Positions 38,979 through 48,426 of a stretch of DNA of 64,000 bases are shown one piece after another. The translations under genes were made by a program, and so were the position numbers. Location of the stretch: NCBI GenBank assembly GCA_963737525.1, contig CAVTTD010000031.1, forward strand, positions 4,380-68,379. The letters run 5' to 3'. The DNA comes from an uncultured Actinomycetota bacterium (GTDB lineage: Bacteria; Actinomycetota; UBA4738; HRBIN12). The notes under the pieces were generated by a model. That model had not been told where the DNA came from. It searched no databases and was given only the letters and a program-made list of their open reading frames with translations. Each line of letters starts with the position of its first letter. Position 1 is the stretch's first letter.

Positions 38979-39697
38979 CGCCCGAAGACAGGGAACCGCG
39001 GACGGGACCGGTCCTCGGCATCTTCGCGCATCCCGACGACGCCGAGATCTGTGCCGGAGGGGTGCTGGCCAAGTGGGCCGCTGCCGGCCGCGAGGTCCAT
39101 CTGCTGATCCTCACGAACGGCGATCGCGGGTCGCAGGATCGCTCCCAGGACCGTGGAGAACTCGCCGCCACGCGAGCTCGCGAGACCGAGCAGGCGGCCG
39201 AGGTGTTGGGGCTCGCGACCGTTCGGATCGGGTCGGTCCCCGATAGCGAGCTCGAGAACACGGAGGACGTTCGCGAGAAGGTCGTTCGCCGGATCCGCGA
39301 GGTCAGGGCAGAGACGGTCGTCGCCTGCGATCCGACCACCGTGTTCTTCGAGAACCGGTACTACAACCACTCGGACCACCGCGTCTCGGGCTTCGTCGCG
39401 CTCGATGCCTCCTACCCCGGGAGCGGCAACCCGCATTTCTACCCCGAGCAGCTGAGCGACGGCCTTCAGGTGCAGGACGTGTTCGATATCTGGCTCGGAT
39501 GGACGCACGAACCGAACCATGCGGAGGACATCACCGGCTTCTTCGCGCGGAAGGTGGATGCCCTCGCGAAGCACGCGAGCCAGCTCGAGGAAGGGATCCG
39601 CTTCTTCGAGGAGTTCCTCGGCAAGGACGCGGTCGAAGCCGGCGAGAAGATCGGCGTCGAGCACGCCGAGGAGTTCCGCGTCCTCGACCTCAGCTAG
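38975..39697 (+). CDS. PIG-L/LmbE-family deacetylase
   Basis: GTG 38975 overlaps the pepA stop (GTGA). Motifs are VLGIFAHPDDAEI, LTNGDRGS and HSDH. Confidence 0.8.
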   Translation: MTPEDREPRTGPVLGIFAHPDDAEICAGGVLAKWAAAGREVHLLILTNGDRGSQDRSQDRGELAATRARETEQAAEVLGLATVRIGSVPDSELENTEDVREKVVRRIREVRAETVVACDPTTVFFENRYYNHSDHRVSGFVALDASYPGSGNPHFYPEQLSDGLQVQDVFDIWLGWTHEPNHAEDITGFFARKVDALAKHASQLEEGIRFFEEFLGKDAVEAGEKIGVEHAEEFRVLDLS

Positions 39698-40484
39698 GCA
39701 GGGCTCCGACCGCGAGGATCACGTCTCGGAAGTCGTTCAGCGGATCGGGGAACCGATCGGCGAACGTGGCGCGGGCCTGTTCGAGGAACGAAGCCCAGCT
39801 CGCTTCGCCGAGCATGTTGCGAGCGAAGCGACCCACCGCCCACGTCCCCAGGCCCTCGACGAGGTCGTCCCGGGGGTAGGTCCACTGGTAGCGCTTCCGC
39901 TCGGTCCGCACGTGACGGAACCCGGCCCTCCGGAGCACGTCCTCGATCGCCTGCGGCTGCTTGAAGCGATCGTGACCGGGAGCGGCCGACGCGAACGCGG
40001 GCGCCAGCATGTCCCGAGGGATCACGGTCTCGATCAGCTCGGTCCAGGTCTCCTCGAACGCGTCCTTGCCGTCCGACCAGGTGGTGAACCCGATCCGTCC
40101 GCCGGGCACGAGCACCCGGGTGAGGTCGAACAACGCGGTCTCGACCTTGACGAAGTGTGCGAACACGAAGTTGCCGAGAACGACGTCGAACGTCCGGTCA
40201 CGGAAGGGGAGGTCGATCGCCTCCGCGGCGATAACGGGCAGCGACGGGCGCTCCCGATGCCCGACGGAGAGCATGCCGAGGGAGCGATCGATCCCCACGA
40301 CCGTGGCGCCGGTGCGTGCGACCTCGTCGGCGGCGGCCCCCGTGCCCGTCCCGACATCGAGGACGCGTTGCCCGTCTCGGATCTCGAGCGCGCCGACGAG
40401 GTCGCGCGCGGCCTCCGCGAACCGCGGCGCGTGGATCCGTTGGTAGGTCTCCGCGACGTTGTCGTACGAGCGCCAGTCGTCCAT
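39690..40484 (-). CDS. Class I SAM-dependent methyltransferase
   Basis: 264 aa. SAM motif I is RVLDVGTGTG, followed by the post-I block VVGIDRS and by FDVVLGNFVFAH. Confidence 0.8.
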   Translation of the reverse strand: MDDWRSYDNVAETYQRIHAPRFAEAARDLVGALEIRDGQRVLDVGTGTGAAADEVARTGATVVGIDRSLGMLSVGHRERPSLPVIAAEAIDLPFRDRTFDVVLGNFVFAHFVKVETALFDLTRVLVPGGRIGFTTWSDGKDAFEETWTELIETVIPRDMLAPAFASAAPGHDRFKQPQAIEDVLRRAGFRHVRTERKRYQWTYPRDDLVEGLGTWAVGRFARNMLGEASWASFLEQARATFADRFPDPLNDFRDVILAVGALPS

Positions 40485-40558
40485 CGTGCGCAGCCTACCC
40501 GTGCTTCGGGTGAACGCGGGACCACGGCTAGACTCCGCGCGATGCGACGGGGCGGAGC

Positions 40559-41356
40559 GTGACCGGGGTCGCGGGCGTCATGGCCCTCGTCCTGGCCGAG
40601 GCCGTGGCCGGCGCGACGCTGTTCCTCTGGGTGAGCCCGCTCTGGACCGAGGTCAAACGAGGGTTCTTCAAGCTCCTCGGCGCGATCCTCACGGTGCTCG
40701 CCGGACTCGCGTGGCTCTCCGTCGACGCGGCGGTGGTCGAGCGTTTCCCGTCCGGGCAGGCACTCCGCGTGTCCACGCTGGTGGCTACCGCGGCGACGGC
40801 GCTCTGGACCGTGTCGATGTTCGCGCGGCAGCAGGCGGTCGCCCGAGTCATCGGTCTGCTCAGCGTGCCCGCGTGGATCGCCGTGCTCGTGTGGATGGGC
40901 GGCGCCGGCCGCCAATCGCTCGGCCTCGCGCTGTTCCAGCTGGCGGCCGGCGCCGCCCTGCTCGGCGCGGCGACGGATGGTCTGCTCCTCGGGCACTGGT
41001 ACCTGACCGATCGCAAGCTCCCTCGCGGCCCGATCAACCGGATGACGACGATCCTGGTGGTCTCGGTGGCAGTCGCCGCCGTCGCCGTGATCAGCGCCGG
41101 GTTCTCGGGCGTGGAGGCGTCGACCTCGATCAACCCGCTGCTCACCGCCGGTGCGTTGGCGCCGTGGATCGCACTCGGCATGGTCGCCGCGACGGCCCTC
41201 ATCGCGGGGTTCATCAAGGCGGTCCTCAAGGGTGAGCGAGCCTCGGCCGTGCAATCGGCCACGGGCTTCTACTACCTCGCCGTCGTGACGGCGTTCACCG
41301 CGGAGGTGGCGGTCAAGACACGGTTCCTCGACACACCGGGCGGGCCCGGGCACTGA
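40559..41356 (+). CDS. Integral membrane protein of unknown function (about 7-8 TM spans)
   Basis: 265 aa, strongly hydrophobic, with a conserved-looking LLLGHWYLTDRKLPRGP loop. It is the first gene of a four-gene translationally coupled unit. Confidence 0.55.
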   Translation: MTGVAGVMALVLAEAVAGATLFLWVSPLWTEVKRGFFKLLGAILTVLAGLAWLSVDAAVVERFPSGQALRVSTLVATAATALWTVSMFARQQAVARVIGLLSVPAWIAVLVWMGGAGRQSLGLALFQLAAGAALLGAATDGLLLGHWYLTDRKLPRGPINRMTTILVVSVAVAAVAVISAGFSGVEASTSINPLLTAGALAPWIALGMVAATALIAGFIKAVLKGERASAVQSATGFYYLAVVTAFTAEVAVKTRFLDTPGGPGH

Positions 41357-41983
41357 TGCGCGCAGGGGTCATCGTCGTCGGCATCCTCGTGCAGGTGGTC
41401 GTCTGGCGGCTCGTCGCGCGCGGCCGGCTCCCGTTCTGGCCCGCGACGGCGACGACGTTCGCGCTCATCGGGATCGCAGCGATCATCGCCGGAAACCCGA
41501 GCTGCTGCCGCGAGATCGAGGTTGCCCTCGCGTCCTCGGTCGGCGTCGCGTCGGGCTTGATGCTCTACGCCGCGACGCGCGTGGTCGTCGACCTCGCCAC
41601 ACGCCATCCCCGTCTTCACCGTTCCGTCACGGACGTGTACCGGCATTCGGAGGAGACGCGGTTCGCGCCTCGTCCTCGTCCTCACGCTCGCGATCGCGGT
41701 TCCCGGTGAGGAGCTGTTCTGGCGGGGCTTCGTCCTCCCCGAGCTCGGCGACGCGACCGGTTCCGTCACGGGTGCGATCCTGACCTGGGCGGCGGCCGTG
41801 GGAGTGAACGCCGCGTGGGCGAGCCTGCCGCTCCTCGCAGGTGCGGTGGTGGGCGGCGCGTTGTGGACGGGCCTGGCGGCGTGGAGTGGAGGTGTCGTGG
41901 CTCCCCTCGCGAGCCATCTGATCTGGACCGGAATGATGCTCGTGTGGCCGCCCCCTGCGGCCCGTGACATGGTGCCCTCGTGA
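41356..41983 (+). CDS. CPBP-family intramembrane glutamic endopeptidase (CAAX protease-like), frameshifted
   Basis: ORF 41356..41709 gives the N-terminal TM part. The frame containing ORF 41798..41983 gives AVPGEELFWRGF (EExxxR motif 1) and ASHLIWTG (His motif). The junction is at about 41655. The ATG overlaps the upstream stop (TGATG). Confidence 0.7.
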
Positions 41984-42927
41984 CGTTCTTCTCGACCGCC
42001 GTCCAGTCGGTGTTGGAGCAGGGCCAGTTCTGTCACGTGGCCACGGCCGCGCCCAGCGGACCACACTGCACCCCGCTCGTGTTCGCCTATTCGGGTGGCA
42101 GGCTGTGGCTGACGACCTCGCGGCGTTCGGTGAAGACCCGGTCGTGGAAGGGGGACCCCTCCGCTTCGGGCCTCGTGCGCCACGGAGAGCTTGCGGTCAC
42201 GTTCGCCGGCACGGCGAAGCTCTACGACGCCCTGGATCGGAGTACCTGGGGCGGCGCGGTGGCGGTCGCGACCTCGATCGCGAGAGCCACCGGCGCGTTC
42301 AGCAAGAAGAACGCGCGGTTCTTCGCGGGGTACGCATTCGACGCCAAGCAGGTGCCGTTCGCGTGGACGCCGCCCGGCAGGGTGTTCGTGGGCATCGAGC
42401 TCGAGCGGACCGCCCTCGTCGACGCCGAAGGGGTCCAGGAAGGGAAGGGCCGGTGGGGCGGCGAGTCCACGTCCCACGACACCTTCCGGCGCTCGGCGAA
42501 GGGCGACGACCCTTTCACCGCGCTGCCGCGCGAGATCAGAACGCCTCTCGGCACGGACGGCGAGGGCGCCCTGACGCTCGTGGGGGAGCGCGGCCCGGTC
42601 GTCGTGCCGGCGCGATGGCGGGCGGACGAGCACGTGCTGTACGCCGCTCTTCCGGAGGAGACCCTCGCGCTGGCGGCGGCGGGGCCCGACGTGCCCGCGG
42701 CGCTGACCGTCGACGAGGCGTCCGAATGGCGTGCTCGCGACATGGTCGGCGCGATGATGCAGGGCACGGCATCGATCTACGTCCTCGATGCGCTCGGGAC
42801 CGGGGCGAAGTCGGCACGGATGCTCGCGACCGAGATCGATCCCGACGCCGGCGTTCTGATCCGGCTCGTGCCGTCGCGATGGGTCTGGTGGCGCGGTTGG
42901 TCCAGCGGCAGCGCCCACGTCGGATGA
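41980..42927 (+). CDS. Tandem pyridoxamine-5'-phosphate-oxidase-like (split beta-barrel, possibly flavin/F420-binding) protein
   Basis: 315 aa, with a GTGA overlap to the upstream gene. QGQFCHVATAAPSGPHCTPLVFAYSGGRLWLTTSRRSVKTR is typical of the PNPOx-like fold. The second half repeats the pattern (GALTLVGERGPVVVPARW). Confidence 0.6.
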   Translation: MTFFSTAVQSVLEQGQFCHVATAAPSGPHCTPLVFAYSGGRLWLTTSRRSVKTRSWKGDPSASGLVRHGELAVTFAGTAKLYDALDRSTWGGAVAVATSIARATGAFSKKNARFFAGYAFDAKQVPFAWTPPGRVFVGIELERTALVDAEGVQEGKGRWGGESTSHDTFRRSAKGDDPFTALPREIRTPLGTDGEGALTLVGERGPVVVPARWRADEHVLYAALPEETLALAAAGPDVPAALTVDEASEWRARDMVGAMMQGTASIYVLDALGTGAKSARMLATEIDPDAGVLIRLVPSRWVWWRGWSSGSAHVG

Positions 42928-43367
42928 GTACGGCCGAGTTCTCGGTCGAGGTCGACGCTTCCCCCGAACGGGTGTGGGAGGTCGTGAGCAACCCGGCCAA
43001 TATCCCTCACTGGGAGCGCCACGTCGTCAGCGTTCGCCTGCCTGACGAAGAGCTGGGGACCGGCTCCACGTACACGGTCGTGATGGCGTTCATGGGCGTC
43101 CGTGTCAGGGTGCGTGGTGAGATCCTCCGGTGGGAGCCCCCGTCACACGCGACGATCCGACTGCGCGGCCCTCTCGATGCCACGATCGACACGTCGGTCG
43201 GCCGACTGCCTCGCGACCGAAGCGTGCTCCGGCACGAGGTCACGTACACGTTCCGTGGACCGCTCGGCCGGGTCGTCGCCGCTGGGCTCACCGCCGTGGG
43301 CGGGGCGCAGCTCGGCATCCGATACGGAACCCTTGGACAGAAACGCCAGATCGAGGCGGGGACCTAG
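42924..43367 (+). CDS. SRPBCC/START-fold protein
   Basis: ATG 42924 lies in the frame of ORF 41964..43367, with an ATGA overlap to the upstream gene. VDASPERVWEVVSNPANIPHWERHV is typical of the family. Confidence 0.7.
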   Translation: MSTAEFSVEVDASPERVWEVVSNPANIPHWERHVVSVRLPDEELGTGSTYTVVMAFMGVRVRVRGEILRWEPPSHATIRLRGPLDATIDTSVGRLPRDRSVLRHEVTYTFRGPLGRVVAAGLTAVGGAQLGIRYGTLGQKRQIEAGT

Positions 43368-43717
43368 TCCTCAGCTCGGTTGAGCCGCCTGGCCCTGCGT
43401 CGGAGGCGGTGGAATCCCCATCCGATCACGAACCCGAGCGCGGCGGCGATGCCGATCGCGAGGGCGATCGCCACGTCCCAATCCCAGAAGAGGAAGTCGA
43501 TGTTCGCGTCGTCGAGGTTCTGGAGGAAGAAGATCACGAGGAGCAAGACGGCGGTCCCGAGCGCGACGGACTTGATCCCGGCGCTCTCCCGCCGGTACTC
43601 GAAGGACGGCTTCCCTCCGGGGATCTCGTCGTTCGGATCTTCGGGCTCGCGTCGCACGGTGTCGACCCCTTCGCTGCTCTGACGGCTCCTCTGACGACTC
43701 TGGGGCGATTGTCGCAT
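43364..43717 (-). CDS. Small membrane protein with LapA/DUF1049-like C-terminal domain
   Basis: This is the in-frame ATG 43717 portion of ORF 43364..44845. It has two TM spans flanking NLDDANIDFLFWDW and a basic tail. The start could be further downstream. Confidence 0.5.
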   Translation of the reverse strand: MRQSPQSRQRSRQSSEGVDTVRREPEDPNDEIPGGKPSFEYRRESAGIKSVALGTAVLLLVIFFLQNLDDANIDFLFWDWDVAIALAIGIAAALGFVIGWGFHRLRRRARRLNRAED

Positions 43718-43729
43718 GATGGTCGGCCG

Positions 43730-44332
43730 ATGAGCCTGGCCAGAGGACTGAGCAAGATCGCGTGGGCGTCGGCGCTCGCCGCGGGGGGAGCGGCGATCGG
43801 GCACGCCGCCCTCCGAACCGACGACGGCCGGGAGCTCGACGAGAACCTCTTCAAGGCCCTGAACGCCGAGCACGGCGAGACGGTCGACCGCTTCTTCGCC
43901 GGGATCACCGAGCTCGGGTCGATGTACGCGGCGGCGGCGGCGGCCGGCGCGCTCGCGCTGGCCGGCCGCCGCCGCGAGGGCGCCCGCGCCCTCGCGGCCG
44001 CGGGCGCCACCTGGCTCCTGCTCCAGGGAGCGAAGCGCCTCGTCGACCGTCCGAGGCCCTTCCTCGCGAACCCCGAGGGAGCCCGCCGGATGATCGCGGA
44101 GCCGCACGGCACCTCGTGGCCCTCGAGTCACCCCGCGGTGCTCACGACCTTCACACGTGTCGCCGCGCGCGAGCTCGGGATCGGCGCCCTCGGCCGGACC
44201 GTGCTGACGGGCCTGGACGCCTCGGTCGCCGCGTCCCGCGTCGCCCTCGGCGTCCACTACCCGAGCGACGTGGCGAGCGGGGTCCTGTTCGGCCGCGCGG
44301 TCGCGCGGCTGTGGCCGCGCGCCCGCCGCTGA
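43730..44332 (+). CDS. PAP2-family phosphatase
   Basis: ATG 43730 lies in the frame of ORF 43130..44332. The acid-phosphatase motifs are KRLVDRPRP, SWPSSH and SRVALGVHYPSD. Confidence 0.75.
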   Translation: MSLARGLSKIAWASALAAGGAAIGHAALRTDDGRELDENLFKALNAEHGETVDRFFAGITELGSMYAAAAAAGALALAGRRREGARALAAAGATWLLLQGAKRLVDRPRPFLANPEGARRMIAEPHGTSWPSSHPAVLTTFTRVAARELGIGALGRTVLTGLDASVAASRVALGVHYPSDVASGVLFGRAVARLWPRARR

Positions 44333-44392
44333 CAAGGCACCGCCCACCCTCATCGTCTCGGCGATCCGAGCGCCACGGATAGACTCGCCGAC

Positions 44393-45352
44393 ATGCTCGA
44401 CTCCATCGCGTCCGTGGGCTGGCCGGTCCTCGACCGCTTCCGATTCGGGCACGACATCGCGATCTCGCCACACGGCCTCGGCATCGCGATCGGGTTCCTG
44501 GTCGGTTCTTGGCTGTTCATGCGACTCTCCGTCCAACGCGGGATCCCCGAGGGTCTCGCGAACTCGATCGTGTTCTGGTCGGTGATCGGCTCGCTCATCG
44601 GCGCCCGTGTCGCCTACGTGATCGCGCACGTCTCCGACTTCGCCAGCCCCCTCGATTGGTTCAAGATCTGGCAGGGCGGGATCTCGCTCCTCGGCGGCAT
44701 CGCCGGTGCGACGATCGCGAACGCGATCAACATCAAGCGACAGGAATACCGGTTCCGGTTCTTCCAGGTGGCCGACACGATCGCGCCCTGCCTGGCGCTC
44801 GGTATCGCGGTCGGCCGGATCGGCGACCTGATCATCGGGGACCACCTCGGCAAGCCGACGTCGTGGCTGCTCGCTTGGACCTACGAAGGGGGGAGGCTCG
44901 CGCCCCCGTTCTCATGCAGCGGAGACTCGTGCACGGCGGCGCTCCACGGCGGCCTGACGGAAACGATCGATCGGGCGGGCGCGACCCTGTCGGATGCCGC
45001 GGGCAAGATCCTCGAGCACGGCATCGGCGTCCATCAGACCGCGCTCTACGACATGTTGCTGGCGGGGATCCTGTTCGCGTTCCTCTGGTGGTTCATCCGC
45101 TCGCCGCGCCGCGAGGGCGTGGTCACGCTCACCTTCGCGCTCTCCTACGGGTGCATCCGGCTGCTCGAGGATTCGCTCCGGATCGACAAGCGCTTCGGGC
45201 CGTTCACGGGCTCCCAGTGGACCGCGCTCGTCGTCGTGATCGTCGCGTCGAGCCTCCTGATCTTCTGGGCGATCTCGCCGCGCCCCGGCCCCACCACGCC
45301 GGGGCGAGGGGGGCCGATCCTGGACGACGCCGAGACTCCGGTCACGTCCTGA
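44393..45352 (+). CDS. lgt: Prolipoprotein diacylglyceryl transferase
   Basis: 319 aa. Motifs are PHGLGIAIGF, IWQGGISLLGG and GRIGDLIIGDHLG. Confidence 0.9.
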   Translation: MLDSIASVGWPVLDRFRFGHDIAISPHGLGIAIGFLVGSWLFMRLSVQRGIPEGLANSIVFWSVIGSLIGARVAYVIAHVSDFASPLDWFKIWQGGISLLGGIAGATIANAINIKRQEYRFRFFQVADTIAPCLALGIAVGRIGDLIIGDHLGKPTSWLLAWTYEGGRLAPPFSCSGDSCTAALHGGLTETIDRAGATLSDAAGKILEHGIGVHQTALYDMLLAGILFAFLWWFIRSPRREGVVTLTFALSYGCIRLLEDSLRIDKRFGPFTGSQWTALVVVIVASSLLIFWAISPRPGPTTPGRGGPILDDAETPVTS

Positions 45353-45379
45353 GCGTGGCCCCTGAGAGGAAGTCGACCC

Positions 45380-46390
45380 TCAGCGACCGCCCAGGTACGA
45401 CCGAGCGACCTCCCGTAGCTTCTCGTGTGTGCCGCCGTAGGCGTCGGCCCGAGGGAGATAGGACTTCGCGATCTTCGCGAGGAACGTGTAGTTCGGGTCG
45501 ACGACGTTGGCGACCGGCGACTCGCTCACCTGGGTCAGCAGTTGATACGCGTCGAGCGCCTCCAGCCCGTACTCCTCGCCCATCCAGGCGATCAGGTCCG
45601 CGTGCGCGATCCGGAACGCGTCCTCCAACGGACGAGCGGAGCCGGTCGACATCACGTGGGTATCGCTCTCCAAGCGGGGCCACGGGGTCGCCCGGCCCTT
45701 GATGAGGTCGATCGCGATCACCGTGTCCATGGCCGCCTCGACGGCGACGCCGCAGGTCTCGCCCTCGCCCTGCCGGCAGTGCCCGTCGCCGATCGAGAAG
45801 AGGGCGCCCTCGACGTTCACGCCCAGGTAGCACGTGACACCGGCTCGCATCTCGGGCGTGTCCATGTTGCCCCCGTGGGCGTCGGGGACGAGCGACGATC
45901 TGGCTTCGAACGAGGCCGGTGCGACGCCGACCGTGCCGTGCATGGGATCCAACGGGAGCACCGCGACGTGATCGCCTTCGGTCGCTCGATAGGTAACGGT
46001 GCGGGCGCTCCGGTCGACGTCGTAGATCCAGACTCGCTCCGGGAGCGGCTCGTGCAGCGTCGCGGTCTGATGGGTGGTCGACAGCGCCCCGAAGAGGTTC
46101 ACCGTGCACGACGCGGCCCAATCCCTGGACGGCTCGATCGAGATGAAGTGGATCGCGAGGGTGTCACCCGGCTCCGCGCCATCGACGAAGAACGGTCCGG
46201 TCTGCGGGTTGACGAACGGGAACTCGATCACGCGGCTGATCCAGTCGTCCGGGCCGCGAACCTTCCCACCGAACGCGTCCTCGGTCCAGAGCTCGAGGAT
46301 GTCGCCGGGCTTGACGGTGCGAACGGGGGGCACGCCGCCGAACGTCCACGCGAACTCCGAGGACTCCGGACGGTAGGACAGCACGTCCAC
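45380..46390 (-). CDS. Acetamidase/formamidase-family amidohydrolase
   Basis: 336 aa. Motifs are NPQTGPFFVDGAEPGDTLAIHFISIEP, HGGNMD and IGDGHCRQGEGE. Confidence 0.85.
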   Translation of the reverse strand: MDVLSYRPESSEFAWTFGGVPPVRTVKPGDILELWTEDAFGGKVRGPDDWISRVIEFPFVNPQTGPFFVDGAEPGDTLAIHFISIEPSRDWAASCTVNLFGALSTTHQTATLHEPLPERVWIYDVDRSARTVTYRATEGDHVAVLPLDPMHGTVGVAPASFEARSSLVPDAHGGNMDTPEMRAGVTCYLGVNVEGALFSIGDGHCRQGEGETCGVAVEAAMDTVIAIDLIKGRATPWPRLESDTHVMSTGSARPLEDAFRIAHADLIAWMGEEYGLEALDAYQLLTQVSESPVANVVDPNYTFLAKIAKSYLPRADAYGGTHEKLREVARSYLGGR

Positions 46391-46429
46391 GGCGCGAGCA
46401 TACGGGGAACGAGGGGAGAGGGTGGACGC

Positions 46430-47534
46430 CTAGCGCGCCATGAGCTGGAGCGGCTTCCCCACCTTCGACTTCGTCGCGCGGACGACCGCTTCGGCCGCCT
46501 CGCGCCAAGGCGACCGCGGCAGGGGACTCCGGATCGGAGACCACGATCGGCACGCCCACGTCGCCACCGGCGCGCAGGTCCGGCACCAAGGGGATCTGTG
46601 CCATGAGAGGAACGCCGAGCGTCTCAGCGGCCTCGCGGCCGCCTCCTTCGCCGAAGATCGTCTCGCGCTCACCGCAATGCGGGCAGATGAACCACGACAT
46701 GTTCTCGATGACGCCGAGCGGCCGGAGGTTCGTGCGCTCCGCCATCTTCCCCGCGCGCTCGGCGACCTTGCGGGCCGCGTCCTGGGGCGTCGTCACGACG
46801 AGCATCGAGGCCCCGGGGATGAACGAGGCGAGCGAGATCGAGACGTCTCCGGTGCCCGGCGGCAGATCACAGAGCAGGAAGTCCAGGTCGCCCCACCAGA
46901 CGTCGCCGAGGAACTGTTGGATCGCCTTGTGCAGCATCGGGCCGCGCCAGATCACCGGCGTCTCCTCGGGCACGAAATGGCCCATCGAGATCACTTTCAC
47001 GCCGTGCGCTTCGAGGGGGAGGATCATGTCGTTGAACCCGACCGGCTTGCCGAGCGCACCGAGCATCCGCGGGACGCTGAACCCCCACACGTCGGCGTCG
47101 AGCACACCCACCGAGCGGCCGGACTTCGCGAGGGCGGCCGCGAGGTTCACGGTGACGCTGGACTTGCCGACGCCGCCCTTGCCCGAGGCGATCGCGATGA
47201 TCGACGTCTGCGGCGAGAACGAGATCTTCGTTTCGGGGGCCGCGGGCTGCCCGCCACGAAGCTGCGACACGAGCTTCTCCCGCTCCTCCCCGCTCATCGG
47301 GGTGAGCTCGACCTCGACCCGCTCCACGCCTTCGAGCGGCTGCACGGCGGCGGTCACGTCGGAGGTGATCCGGTCCTTCAGAGGACACCCCTCGATCGTG
47401 ATGAGCACGTGGACCCGGACGACGCCGGCGTCGACTTCGACGGACCTGAGCATCCCGATCTCATCGATCGGGCGGCCGATCTCGGGGTCCTTGACGCTCT
47501 TCAGGGCTTCGCGGACCTGTGCCTCCGTGGCCAC
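46430..47534 (-). CDS. mrp: Mrp/ApbC/NBP35-family Fe-S cluster carrier ATPase, frameshift near 3' end
   Basis: ORF 46164..47534 carries an N-terminal DUF59 domain (VKDPEIGRPIDEIGM), the P-loop ASGKGGVGKSS and CPHC. The true tail ...REAAEAVVRATKSKVGKPLQLMAR-stop lies in ORF 46430..46672. The junction is at about 46508 (extra G in TTGG). Confidence 0.9.
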
Positions 47535-47596
47535 TGACTCTCCTCCCGAGCTTCTGGCGGCTCTTCCGCTGACCTTGGGGGTCTAAGCTCTGTTGA

Positions 47597-47612
47597 CACG
47601 GTGTGAACCGTG
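47597..47612. promoter_or_regulatory. Palindrome CACGGT-N4-ACCGTG overlapping a TTGACA box between mrp and the wHTH regulator
   Basis: TTGACA lies at 47593-47598, and the perfect 6-bp half-sites at 47597-47602 and 47607-47612. It is located in the 104-nt divergent intergenic region. Confidence 0.3.
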
Positions 47613-47638
47613 CAAAGCCCATCGTACGAGATGCGTGG

Positions 47639-48313
47639 ATGAACGAACCCGCCCCGATCGAGCTCCACAAGGCCCTCGCGGACGACACCCGCTACCGGCT
47701 GTATCGATACCTGCGCCTGTCCGGCCGGCCGGTTCCGGTGCGCGAGCTCGCCACCCGGCTCGGCCTGCACGCCAACACGATCCGCCCACATCTGCGGCGG
47801 CTCGTGGATGCGGGCCTCGTCGCGTCGGAGACGCGACGAGGCCCGTCGGCGGTCGGCCGTCCCCAGACCGTCTACACGGCGGTCGCGATGGACAACACCG
47901 AGGGACGCGACTATCGACTGCTCGCGGACATCCTCCTGACGCTGATATCGGGCTCGCGCGCACGCACGGGCGCGGAGGCCCTCGCTCGGGAGTGGGGCGA
48001 CTACCTGATGACGAGGCACGCCCCCCCGCCGGGTGCCCGCCGTCCGGGGCCGAACCTCGCGGCGCTCCGAGAGGCGTTGGCAGAGGCGGGATTCGATCCG
48101 CGTTTCCGTCGCAGAGGGAACCGCTCGGTCGAGATCGCCTTGCGCGGCTGCCCGTTCCGAGACCTGCTCGAGGAGCACCGGGATCTCGTCTGCACGGTGC
48201 ACCGAGGGCTGCTCGAAGGCATGTTGGAAGGGTCGCGCCCTCGGCTCCACCTGCGTTCGTTCGAGCCGCTCGCGGACCGCGGCTCCGTGTGCCGAGTCGT
48301 CGCCACGGCGTGA
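47639..48313 (+). CDS. ArsR-like winged-helix transcriptional regulator with Cys-containing C-terminal domain
   Basis: ORF 47603..48313, with ATG 47639 (MNEPAPIELHKALADDTRYRLYRYL) preferred so the palindrome stays upstream. The wHTH region is VRELATRLGLHANTIRPHLRRLVDAGLV. The C-terminal Cys/His pattern is CPF-x11-C-x2-H plus a third Cys. Confidence 0.7.
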   Translation: MNEPAPIELHKALADDTRYRLYRYLRLSGRPVPVRELATRLGLHANTIRPHLRRLVDAGLVASETRRGPSAVGRPQTVYTAVAMDNTEGRDYRLLADILLTLISGSRARTGAEALAREWGDYLMTRHAPPPGARRPGPNLAALREALAEAGFDPRFRRRGNRSVEIALRGCPFRDLLEEHRDLVCTVHRGLLEGMLEGSRPRLHLRSFEPLADRGSVCRVVATA

Positions 48314-48426
48314 TCCGAAGACCTCCGGGGCCCCGCTGAAGTTCGTCTCTGGAACGACCGATGGGAGGGAGACGGGAGTGCTCTGGCACGCCCGTCGCGG
48401 CATCCGTCGAGACGAGGTGTGGCGCA

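Noticed and set aside
40034-45702. Long ORFs 40034..41353(-), 41272..42918(-), 41964..43367(+, N-terminal part), 43364..44845(-, upstream part) and 44509..45702(+).
   Set aside because: They are low-complexity Arg/Pro/Gly translations overlapping hydrophobic membrane-protein genes, lgt and PAP2. Only the motif-bearing sub-ORFs were kept.
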